From the NCBI GenBank assembly GCA_032249095.1, contig JAVVGN010000017.1, positions 1 through 31,076 of the forward strand: a stretch of DNA of 31,076 bases, read 5' to 3'. Shown one piece after another: positions 16,514 through 24,338 of this stretch (position 1 is its first letter; each line of letters starts with the position of its first letter). The position numbers and the translations under genes are program-made. The notes under the pieces were generated by a model. The model saw only the letters and a program-made list of their open reading frames with translations. It was not told the DNA's origin and searched no databases. This DNA is from Candidatus Caldarchaeales archaeon. GTDB lineage: Archaea; Thermoproteota; Nitrososphaeria_A; Caldarchaeales; Calditenuaceae.

Positions 16514-17647
16514 ATGAAGTTCTTCGCGACGACGATTCACGGACTAGAGGATGTGGCGTCCGCAGAGGTTGGGCAGCTGATAGGGGTTCACGTCGAGGTT
16601 GATGTGGCTAAGGTCTTCTTCGACTCATCGACGGAGGGGTGCGCTGTAGTCAACTACGCGGCGCGGACAATAAATAAGGTCTACTTGATGCTGGATAGAG
16701 GATTTTTCGGGCGGGTTGAGGAGATCGAGCGAGCCGCGAGAAATGTGGATTTTACTGGGCTTATCGAGAGGGGGCAGAGCTTCGCAGTGAGGGCGAAGAG
16801 GAGCGGCGTCCACGATTTCACGAGCCTCGACGTGGCGGCCGCGGTGGGCAGAGGTGTGATAGAGTCATACAGGCTAGCCACAGGTTTCAGGCTCGGTGTG
16901 AATCTTAACGAGCCCGACGTGGAGATACTCGCCGTAGTCAGGGAAAACGAGTACATTCTTGGACTGAACACGACGGGGGAATCGCTCCACAGGAGATACT
17001 ACAGGGCGAGGTACCATAGATCTGGCCTCAGCCCAACTGTGGCGTCCGCGATGCTCTCGATAGCTGAGTGGAGACCCGATGAGAGCCTGCTGGACCCCTT
17101 CTGCGGCTCGGGAACCATACCTATCGAGGCGGCGCTTAAAGCCCTAAACATCCACGTAGGCCTGAGGAGACGGGACCTAGCAATGGAGAGGCTCATCTTC
17201 TTTGACAAAGAGATGTTGCGGAGAGTTAGGGAGAGACTTGCGTCAGGGGAGAAAGAGCCACACCGATTAGAAATAGCTGGTCTCGATGCTTCCCCAAAAT
17301 CGATAGAGGCCTCCGAGGAGAATCTTAAGAGGGCGGGGCTTGAGGGATGCGTAAGGTTCATGCTTGGGGATGCCACGAGGCTGGAGAGGTATGTGGATTG
17401 GCACGTGGATAAGGCTGTCTTCAACCCACCCTTTGGAGTGAGGATGGGGTTGAGGAATCCAGAAGGCTTCTACTATAAGTCCTTCGAGGCCATCAGGCGA
17501 GCGGCGCCGGGCTGCAGAATAACCTTTATAGTGAGTAAGCCAGTCGTCGCTCAGAGAGCCCTAGAGAGGGCAGGCTGGACGGCCGTCTCGGAGAGGAACG
17601 TAGTCCTCGGCTCCATTTCAGCACACATAATAAGCGCCGAGCATTAG
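16514..17647 (+). CDS. THUMP-domain class I SAM-dependent RNA (guanine-N2) methyltransferase, Trm14/RlmL-like
   Basis: An N-terminal THUMP-like region is followed by motif I DPFCGSGTIPIEAA and motif IV FNPPFG. I prefer the ATG at 16514 over the GTG ORF start at 16451. Confidence 0.8.
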   Translation: MKFFATTIHGLEDVASAEVGQLIGVHVEVDVAKVFFDSSTEGCAVVNYAARTINKVYLMLDRGFFGRVEEIERAARNVDFTGLIERGQSFAVRAKRSGVHDFTSLDVAAAVGRGVIESYRLATGFRLGVNLNEPDVEILAVVRENEYILGLNTTGESLHRRYYRARYHRSGLSPTVASAMLSIAEWRPDESLLDPFCGSGTIPIEAALKALNIHVGLRRRDLAMERLIFFDKEMLRRVRERLASGEKEPHRLEIAGLDASPKSIEASEENLKRAGLEGCVRFMLGDATRLERYVDWHVDKAVFNPPFGVRMGLRNPEGFYYKSFEAIRRAAPGCRITFIVSKPVVAQRALERAGWTAVSERNVVLGSISAHIISAEH

Positions 17648-17652
17648 CGCCG

Positions 17653-18399
17653 CTACTCGAGCCGCGGCGCTATCAGGTACTCGAGCCTCCCCGCCGGGAG
17701 GGTGAATGACAGCTTGATAGGTTTGTTGGTGCTGAGCTGTATCCCGGTCTCCTCCGAGAGGTCCTTACCGGGCTTCACTATTCGCTCGAGGTAGGCGAGG
17801 CTGAAGCTGGCGGTCACCTCGCCAGGAGACTCGATCTCGTAGACCATGGCACCGTCCTTTGAGAGCCTGTTCTCGACGACTCCCATGTCCCCCTTCGCCA
17901 CGAGAATCACGGCCGTGGGCTGAATGGTTATCTTGACGGAGTCGGAGACGAGGCTCGCGTCTTCGACTGCCTCCCACAGAGCTTCTGAGTTGACCCTTGC
18001 ACGCGCCTCAAAGGCGAGCTTTGGTGAGGATGTCGACCCGGCCAGAGGCTCCAGCGTGTTCAGCTGGTATCTCCTCTCCCTCGACTTGGTAGGGTCTGTG
18101 AGAATAATGCTAAGCTTTCTCTTCTCCTCATCGTATGTAAGCGTAAGAGTCTCGCCCTTTTTAGCGCGCTTCAGGAACTTGAGAAGTTCCTGGAGGTTGA
18201 CCGTCATCTCTGACTCCTTGTCAGCCACAAATTCCTCAGCCGCCTCTCTCCGCAGCTCAAAGTCGACGAGGCTCACGTGGGCCGGGTCCATGGAGACGAG
18301 CCTGATCGAGTCGCTCGTAACCTTGAAGGAGGCTTCGTCTACGACCGCTGCCACGGCCTTGAAGAGGTCTGCCGCGTAGTCGGCGTTAGGAAGCCGCAT
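17653..18399 (-). CDS. pcn: DNA polymerase sliding clamp (PCNA)
   Basis: MRLPNADYAADLFKAVAAVVDEASFKVTSDSIRLVSMDPAHVSLVDFEL...LSFTLPAGRLEYLIAPRLE is a full-length PCNA pattern, about 248 aa from this ATG. TTTTTATAT at 18445-18455 would lie inside the longer ORF, which argues for the shorter start. A GTG at 18408 is an alternative. Confidence 0.88.
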   Translation of the reverse strand: MRLPNADYAADLFKAVAAVVDEASFKVTSDSIRLVSMDPAHVSLVDFELRREAAEEFVADKESEMTVNLQELLKFLKRAKKGETLTLTYDEEKRKLSIILTDPTKSRERRYQLNTLEPLAGSTSSPKLAFEARARVNSEALWEAVEDASLVSDSVKITIQPTAVILVAKGDMGVVENRLSKDGAMVYEIESPGEVTASFSLAYLERIVKPGKDLSEETGIQLSTNKPIKLSFTLPAGRLEYLIAPRLE

Positions 18400-18796
18400 C
18401 GTGAACACTCTGATCCACCCTGAGACTCGAGAAGCCTTCGGGCCATATAAAAATTCGTCGGGTATGGGTCCGGCCAAGAGGGTGAGAGGGTTCTAATAAT
18501 TACAGCGCCCTCCTTATTGATGCTGCTCCACCAAGATGCGCTTGCTATGGGTCTCTATGTTGGTGCTGCGCTGTCAGCGGCGACCGACATAAGGAGGACC
18601 ATTTACGCCGTGTGGGCCCTCAGTAGGTGAGCTTACCGGTCAGGACTTCACGAAGCGACACTATTAGGGATCTCCGATACTTGACTAGGCAGCCGGGGGC
18701 AGAGCCTGCATTATTGTGGAGGGTCTCGCATCCTTAGCCATGATAGCCAACTTGATATGTGCTGGTGTGTGTTCGGCCGAGCTTATAATTTCATTC

Positions 18797-20010
18797 ATTA
18801 AAGGGGAAAGAGTGGGGGAGGGGTTGGCTGGCCATCCGTGCGGCATCTGGGAAACCCTATGGGAGGCCGGACGTTAAATGATACATCACAGCACCCGACA
18901 GCGGGGTGCGCGTTAAATGGGCAGTCATACCGGCCTCTGGGTTTTATCCCTGCGCCGGTATGGCCAGCATCGCAAGGGCTTCCTGCCTATATATCCTCCA
19001 GACTCTCGATAACACCTCCCTTCTCCATCCTCGCGATAAGTTGAAATGATGTGGTGTTGTTTTCTGAAGCCGTCAGCCTCTGCAACGCTCGCCTCAAATG
19101 CCCGCTATAGATCTTCTTTCTCCCGCGGACTGGTCTGAACAGGCCCAGAAGGTTAATCATCTTTCTGAGACCCATCGGCTGGCCAAGATACGGTATCAGC
19201 TCGGCCAGCGCCTTAATATTCCCACGAATACCCAGTCCATCAACTAGCCTATTGTAGGCCTGATATCTTTTCCCAGCCTCCTCGACTATCATTCTAGCCA
19301 CCTCCTCCATCTGCACCTCCAAAGACTTTATTACTTGCCTCAGACAAAGCCCTGTATTTGTTCAGCAGTTATTGGTGCGTTCTCATCATAGTCCTATAGG
19401 CCAGAATCATCCTCCCCATCTCCACAAGGCCGCCTAGGGGCCTCGTCACAACAGTCTATAGTCTGGTGCTTCTAGGGCAGGAATGGCCTCAGCCCATTCG
19501 GCCACCCCTCCTCCCCCATCTACCCCCAAATCTCCCAGCCCCGACCCGGGAGCAATTCCTCAGGGGGATACGGGCGGGGAGGACACTCCCCTGCGGCGCC
19601 AGCAGGCGCAGGGAGCATCCCCCACTCCCCTCGGGGGCCATCCAGCATCGGACGGGACGCAAACCCGGCCACGGCCCCTTGTGCCCCGGGCATGTCGGTC
19701 ACGCCCTCACCCAACCACCATACAGAACGAAGCTAGAGAAGATACATAAGCATTCAGACACCAGACTGAAAATAATGGTCCACCATCCAAGGACATATAA
19801 GACCTCAAGGGGACTAATACTGCCAAGAGAAATCTATTACGCCCTAACAAACATTAAGGACTTAGAGAAGAAGATAGGAGTAAGGACGAAGAGGTCTAAA
19901 CCAAAACACATACTAGGCATAGAGCACAGAAACATCCCAATACAGCCGGATTTATGGGGCAACGAGGTAATATTCAGGGAAAAGGACAAACAACACTATA
20001 CGGATACCCG
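18797..20010 (+). repeat. Copy 1 of a roughly 1.2-kb repeat unit (flank module + ORF + R module), inverted relative to 26875-28069
   Basis: By-eye alignment places 19790-20010 against the reverse complement of 26875-27095 at about 80% identity. Patchier matches are 19380-19740 against 27150-27440 and 18803-18826 against 28008-28029. The protein-level tails also match. Confidence 0.7.
18987..19322 (-). CDS. Hypothetical protein of the tRNA-flank ORF family (possibly prematurely terminated)
   Basis: This is a 111-aa ORF. Its tail ...IYSGHLRRALQRL...LIARMEKGGVIESLEDI aligns with ...RYLPRELRNKLYGDVVAPRRGGLMY-GIIEDV of the 27711-28069 pseudogene. After its TAG the same frame stays open for 47 more codons to ...QPTPPPLFPL at 18798. 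Confidence 0.45.
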   Translation of the reverse strand: MEVQMEEVARMIVEEAGKRYQAYNRLVDGLGIRGNIKALAELIPYLGQPMGLRKMINLLGLFRPVRGRKKIYSGHLRRALQRLTASENNTTSFQLIARMEKGGVIESLEDI

Positions 20011-20020
20011 AACCAGATAA
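19775..20020 (+). CDS. Small basic hypothetical protein (81 aa) encoded in the R repeat
   Basis: The sequence is MVHHPRTYKTSRGLILPREIYYALTNIKDLEKKIGVRTKRSKPKHILGIEHRNIPIQPDLWGNEVIFREKDKQHYTDTRTR. Its counterpart at 26875-27095 differs mostly by synonymous or conservative changes (ctg/cta, tat/tac, tta/ttg, gag/gaa; K/R) but carries a stop and a local frameshift. The upstream P/R-rich part of ORF 19466.. is not credited. Confidence 0.45.
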   Translation: MVHHPRTYKTSRGLILPREIYYALTNIKDLEKKIGVRTKRSKPKHILGIEHRNIPIQPDLWGNEVIFREKDKQHYTDTRTR

Positions 20021-20139
20021 TCTAACAGACAACTAACAATCATGTGAGGAGGCTCCCAGAGGGGATATTGCCGCCATACCTCCGAGGCTATAACTCGCTT
20101 ATATGGTGGTTTATTATCTCGTCCCTCGAGATTTGTGCC

Positions 20140-20934
20140 GTGAGTCTCTTTAGCAGGGTGGGAGAGTCGGAGATCACGAGGGCGATAGCTACCACTTTTC
20201 TAGAGATGTTTGGCGAGTATTCGCGGAGTGACGTAATAGTTGTGGGCGCCGGCCCGGCAGGACTTATGGCAAGCAGGGAGTTGGCAAGGCGGGGTGTTAA
20301 GGTTCTCGTGATCGAGCAGAACAACTATCTGGGTGGAGGATTCTGGATCGGGGGTTACCTAATGAACCCCGTGACCTTCAGGGCGCCGGCCCAGAAGGTG
20401 CTGGACGAGCTTGGCGTGCCTTACGAGAAGTTCGTCGAGGGCCTCTATGTGGCGCATGGGCCCCATGCATGCTCCAAGCTGATTGCCGCGGCCTGCGACG
20501 CCGGTGTAAGATTCCTCAATTTAACAAAGCTCGACGACCTCGTTATCAGGGAAGGCGTAGTCAGGGGAGTCGTCGTGAACTGGACCCCTGTTGAGGGGCT
20601 GCCGAGACAGATCACCTGCGTCGACCCCATAGCGCTGGAGTCTAAGTTGGTGATTGACGCCTCCGGTCATGATGCAGCCGCGGTCAAGAGGCTTGAGGCT
20701 CGTGGCCTGGTTAAGACGAGGGGCATGGGTGCCATGTGGGTCGAGAGGTCCGAGGACGCCGTAGTCGAGCACACTGGCGTAGTATTTCCGGGCCTGGTAG
20801 TAGCGGGGATGGCCGTCGTCGAGACATATGGCTTACCACGAATGGGGCCAACGTTCGGCGCTATGCTCCTCTCGGGGAAGAGGGCTGCCGAGGTCGCGCT
20901 CGAAGAGCTCGAGAAGCTTGAGGCCGTGACGTAG
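20140..20934 (+). CDS. thi4: Thiazole synthase Thi4 (archaeal thiamine thiazole synthase)
   Basis: [13 protein letters not shown]...[37 protein letters not shown]...[10 protein letters not shown]...GMAV is the Thi4 pattern. The ORF opens at 20044. I prefer the GTG at 20140, about 25 nt after TTTATTATC, and 20158 is also possible. Confidence 0.85.
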   Translation: MSLFSRVGESEITRAIATTFLEMFGEYSRSDVIVVGAGPAGLMASRELARRGVKVLVIEQNNYLGGGFWIGGYLMNPVTFRAPAQKVLDELGVPYEKFVEGLYVAHGPHACSKLIAAACDAGVRFLNLTKLDDLVIREGVVRGVVVNWTPVEGLPRQITCVDPIALESKLVIDASGHDAAAVKRLEARGLVKTRGMGAMWVERSEDAVVEHTGVVFPGLVVAGMAVVETYGLPRMGPTFGAMLLSGKRAAEVALEELEKLEAVT

Positions 20935-20948
20935 GGTCAAAACGTTCT

Positions 20949-21791
20949 TTGGGGTCATCACCAACCGCCACGGTCCACAGGATTGCCCTGTATAATGACC
21001 AGCGACTCGGGTCCATAAGGATCGAGGAGGTTGCTGACTATGTGAGGGAAGTCTTCCCCTTCGCGGTCGTCGAGCTTCGCGACGAGTTTTTGAGCCATGC
21101 AGTCAATACGTGGGGGGCGGATCCGCGATGGATAGCTCGTCGCCTCGCTTCATCTAGGCTGCTCGACCCTATGAGCTGCAGGACAGTTGACGACCCCCTG
21201 CCCGGAGAGGTCCGCTACGAGGAGAGGACGATTTTTGACCGCTCAATGACTCTGCTGGGCGTGGCGTATGAAGGATACTCCTTTCAAGAGATACTGCGGT
21301 CCCTTATACCTTGGGGGGAGAGGCGCTATACTATGCAACACATAGTCCTGACGGCGAGGCTGCTTGTTACTAGAGAGCCTGAGGAGGGGCGGGCACACGC
21401 GAGGACCATCATACTAGGCGACCCAGCCCTAATCTCTATAGCGGGGATAGTTGAGGCCCCAGCCCTCGAGCCGCGTACCTACCTTAAGCTACAGTTTGTC
21501 AGAAGCCCTGACCTTCAGAGCCTGTTTCTTGAGAGTGAGAGAAGGAGGCTCGGAGCGATTAGATATGGTGACGAGCGCCTAACCGAGGTTGTGAAGGGCT
21601 ATGTGCTACAGGCCGTTTTCTATCACCTGACTGGCGAGCCATTCTGCAGCGACAGGATGTGTAGGCTCTATAACGCCCACACTCAGGAGGAGCTGATCCT
21701 GGCCCAGCTAGCCAGCGGCAAGCTGTGCAAGAGGCATGAGGAGGCCTCGAGGAGGCTAGCCCTAACACGAACTACTCCTCAACCATCGTAA
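20949..21791 (+). CDS. Archaemetzincin-like protein lacking the HExxH catalytic site
   Basis: The C-terminal AVFYHLTGEPFCSDRMCRL-x19-CKRH aligns to the archaemetzincin motif HExxHxxGxxxCxxxxCxM-x17-CxxC. The first His, the Glu and the position-11 His are replaced by A, V and F. The start is TTG and the protein is 280 aa. The family call is tentative. Confidence 0.5.
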   Translation: MGSSPTATVHRIALYNDQRLGSIRIEEVADYVREVFPFAVVELRDEFLSHAVNTWGADPRWIARRLASSRLLDPMSCRTVDDPLPGEVRYEERTIFDRSMTLLGVAYEGYSFQEILRSLIPWGERRYTMQHIVLTARLLVTREPEEGRAHARTIILGDPALISIAGIVEAPALEPRTYLKLQFVRSPDLQSLFLESERRRLGAIRYGDERLTEVVKGYVLQAVFYHLTGEPFCSDRMCRLYNAHTQEELILAQLASGKLCKRHEEASRRLALTRTTPQPS

Positions 21792-22743
21792 ATATCTTCT
21801 TGACGTTGTTGTAGGTCATTTCTCTCAGTAGCCTCTCCGAGGCCCCACGGCTGAGAAGCCAGTCCAAGCACATCTGATATAGCTCGAGGCTCCTGATGCC
21901 GGACATGTATGGGGGACCATATTTCTCCCAAGCGGCGTGGGGTGCATGGTCGGTCTCCAAGAAATTTACGCTACCCCGAACAACTAGGTCAACGAGACCC
22001 TCAACCATCCGCTTATCCCTTAATGGCGGATTGACCTTAAGGGCCACACCGCCGGCCCTCTCCATGTCTTGGAGGGATAGCATAAGGTGGTGAGGAGTTA
22101 CTCCGCAGACAACCCTGAGCCCGCGCTCCCTCGCCTCCTCAACAAGGCCAACGGCGCCTGGAGTACTTGTATGGACGATGTAGAGCGTTCCAGCGAAGTC
22201 GTACCGCTCAACAAGCATGATCTGGTCCTTGACCGCCTCTATCTCTGCTTCTGGAGGCCTCGCTTCTCCCCAGCTCCACGGTCTTGCTGGATCCCACAAC
22301 TCCGGCCTTAAGAGCTGAGCCTTCTCACAGTGCACAGCCACTACTTTGTCGTATCTAAGCTCGGACAGGGTTTTGTAGACCCGCGCCTGCTTCTCGAGCG
22401 TCTCGACCTCTAGCCCCTTCATCGGCGCCGCGTACATCTTCAGCCCGACGACCCGCTTATTCCCTTGGACTGCCTCTACGGCCCTCTCTAGCTGAGACTC
22501 GTTTGCGGTGGCAGCCACGTATAGGTAGTAGCCTTCATCGACCCCCTCGCTTCTAGCTAACCTCAGCCTAGCCGCGACCTCGCTTGGTCCGAGTATCGGC
22601 GGGTCGGTATTCGGCATGTCGAAGACAGCGACGACTCCCTGACTCCTCGCCAAGTCCAACACCTCCCTTATCGTCGCCTTGTAGGCCTCGTTCCAGTCCC
22701 TGCAGTGCACGTGGGGATCTATTCGCCGCCACATCCCGACCAC
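21772..22743 (-). CDS. pyrC: Dihydroorotase (short form)
   Basis: All metal ligands are present: DPHVHCRD (HxH), GLKMY (Lys), VHCE, IVHTS and ETDHAPH. It sits next to pyrI and pyrB. The protein is only 323 aa and has no N-terminal beta-sandwich extension. Confidence 0.85.
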   Translation of the reverse strand: MVGMWRRIDPHVHCRDWNEAYKATIREVLDLARSQGVVAVFDMPNTDPPILGPSEVAARLRLARSEGVDEGYYLYVAATANESQLERAVEAVQGNKRVVGLKMYAAPMKGLEVETLEKQARVYKTLSELRYDKVVAVHCEKAQLLRPELWDPARPWSWGEARPPEAEIEAVKDQIMLVERYDFAGTLYIVHTSTPGAVGLVEEARERGLRVVCGVTPHHLMLSLQDMERAGGVALKVNPPLRDKRMVEGLVDLVVRGSVNFLETDHAPHAAWEKYGPPYMSGIRSLELYQMCLDWLLSRGASERLLREMTYNNVKKIFTMVEE

Positions 22744-22755
22744 TAGGCCGACCGC

Positions 22756-23229
22756 TCAGACTAGGTAATCAGGTATCCTATCTATCTCTAGAAGCGTGTC
22801 ACAGTACATGCATTGTATGACGCCGTACTTCTGGAGAACCGTGAATTTTGGCGAGGCTGGCTCTCGGGCCAGGTTGGTTACGCAGCTCGTCTCGGGACAC
22901 CGAATCCTGCCGACGATCCTCTCGGGGATGCCTGGCCTCTCCTTCTCGACCCTCCAGTCCCTGATGTAGTTTATCGTTATGCTGGGGAATATGAGGGCGA
23001 GTATGCCAGCCTCCTCCCTGCTCACCATGTAGTGGTATAGCTTAACTATGTCTTTCCTGCCAAGCTTCTTGCTGGGCACATTCTGCAGCACTATGAGCGA
23101 TACGTCCGGATTCCTCTTGAGATGCTCCAAGCTGAGGAGCTTGACAACCCGGTCGGCCTGCCACGCCGGTATATGGTCTAGAACCGTCCCCCAGTCAATC
23201 TTTCTGACTAGAAGCGACTCGTCCATCAC
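22756..23229 (-). CDS. pyrI: Aspartate carbamoyltransferase regulatory subunit
   Basis: The allosteric domain is followed by the zinc domain RIRCPETSCVTN...IQCMYCDTLLE. The start overlaps the pyrB stop by 4 nt. Confidence 0.92.
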   Translation of the reverse strand: MMDESLLVRKIDWGTVLDHIPAWQADRVVKLLSLEHLKRNPDVSLIVLQNVPSKKLGRKDIVKLYHYMVSREEAGILALIFPSITINYIRDWRVEKERPGIPERIVGRIRCPETSCVTNLAREPASPKFTVLQKYGVIQCMYCDTLLEIDRIPDYLV

Positions 23230-24152
23230 TTGCCACCCATTATGAGGTAGAGTAGTGCTGTCCTGATCGGGACACCATAGCCCGCCTGCTCAAAGTACCA
23301 GGCGTTTGGCGTGGAGTCAATCTCAGGCGACAGCTCGTCTACGCGGGGGAGTGGATGCATTATGCCGATGTCGCTCCTACAGTTGGAGAGCGTGGAGGCG
23401 TCTACTACATAGGAGCCGCGCACCTTCTCGTACTCTGTGGGGTCGGGGAACCTCTCTTTCTGAATTCTAGTCACATAGAGTACGTCTAGACGGGGCAAGA
23501 CGCGCTTCATCTCTTCAGCCTCGTCGATTTTTGCGAATGTTACGCCCTTCTCCTGCAGGTATATCTCGACCTCCCTTCTCACCTGGAGGAGCTGTGGAGC
23601 CATGAAGTAGATCTCGACCCCCCTATAAAGCGAGAGGAGCTGGCAGAGGGAGGGTATCGTCCGAGAGTATCTGAGGTCGCCGAGCATCCCTATCCTTAAT
23701 CCGTCCACACTGCCTCTCTTCCTCCAAATCGTGAAGACGTCGATGAGGGCCTGTGTAGGGTGTTCTTGGCTCCCGCTACCGGCGTTTATTATTGGGATCG
23801 AGGCCGATTCCGCCGCGAACTTAGCCGCGCCCCGGGCCGGGTGCCTAAGTACTATACAGCCCGCCCCATACAGCTCCAGCATCTTCACAGTGTCGTAGAG
23901 CGACTCTCCCTTGGCCATGGAGGAGACGGATGGGTCCGAGATGGACATGACCTCAGCGCCCAGAGTCTTGGCTGCCATGTAGAAGCTCTGGAAGGTCCTT
24001 GTCGAGGGCTCTGTGAAAAGGAGGGCGACTTTCTTGCCTGCTAACGCCGAGTCAAGCCTCAGCTCGCCTCTGACGAGCTGGTTAGATAGGCTGAATATCT
24101 CGGAGACCTCTCGAAGGCTTAGGTCGCGACAGCTCACCAGGTCTCTGCCCAA
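23226..24152 (-). CDS. pyrB: Aspartate carbamoyltransferase catalytic subunit
   Basis: Motifs seen are FTEPSTRTFQSF, HPTQALIDVFTI and HPLPRVDEL. The ORF runs to 24251, but its first 33 aa look non-native. I prefer the TTG at 24152 (MGRDLVSCRDLS..., about 309 aa). The start is uncertain. Confidence 0.88.
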   Translation of the reverse strand: MGRDLVSCRDLSLREVSEIFSLSNQLVRGELRLDSALAGKKVALLFTEPSTRTFQSFYMAAKTLGAEVMSISDPSVSSMAKGESLYDTVKMLELYGAGCIVLRHPARGAAKFAAESASIPIINAGSGSQEHPTQALIDVFTIWRKRGSVDGLRIGMLGDLRYSRTIPSLCQLLSLYRGVEIYFMAPQLLQVRREVEIYLQEKGVTFAKIDEAEEMKRVLPRLDVLYVTRIQKERFPDPTEYEKVRGSYVVDASTLSNCRSDIGIMHPLPRVDELSPEIDSTPNAWYFEQAGYGVPIRTALLYLIMGGK

Positions 24153-24338
24153 GAGCGTGGATCTGTATTCGGCTTGGGAGCCACTCAAGGGCTCCCAACA
24201 CCTCCCCCAAGCCTCAGAAAGACCACGGCTAAACCCACTACATGAACCCACTGCGCCTCTCTTAAGCGTTCCTCTCCACTGGAAACTCTTTTGGAGGCTG
24301 AGCGGCCTTTACGCCGGATGGTCTTAGTCCCTTGAGCG

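Noticed and set aside
17924-18379. 151-aa ORF antisense to PCNA
   Set aside because: It is Ser/Leu-rich shadow sequence of a well-supported PCNA gene.
18636-18659. SRP-RNA helix-8-like string CCGGTCAGGACTTCACGAAGCGAC
   Set aside because: It superficially resembles CCAGGTCCGGAAGGAAGCAGC. However, the conserved GNAR tetraloop and the AGCA motif are absent, and I found no Alu-domain or closing-helix complementarity.
19466-19774. Pro/Arg-rich N-terminal 103 codons of ORF 19466-20020, plus overlapping ORFs 19483-19749 and 19520-19714
   Set aside because: Three mutually overlapping open frames in a GC-rich repeat segment suggest chance ORFs. Only the last 81 codons show a coding-type substitution pattern against the second repeat copy.
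20020-20139. TPP riboswitch upstream of thi4
   Set aside because: The conserved CTGAGA and ACCTGA...GCCAGCG elements are not present, and the spacer is short and promoter-like.
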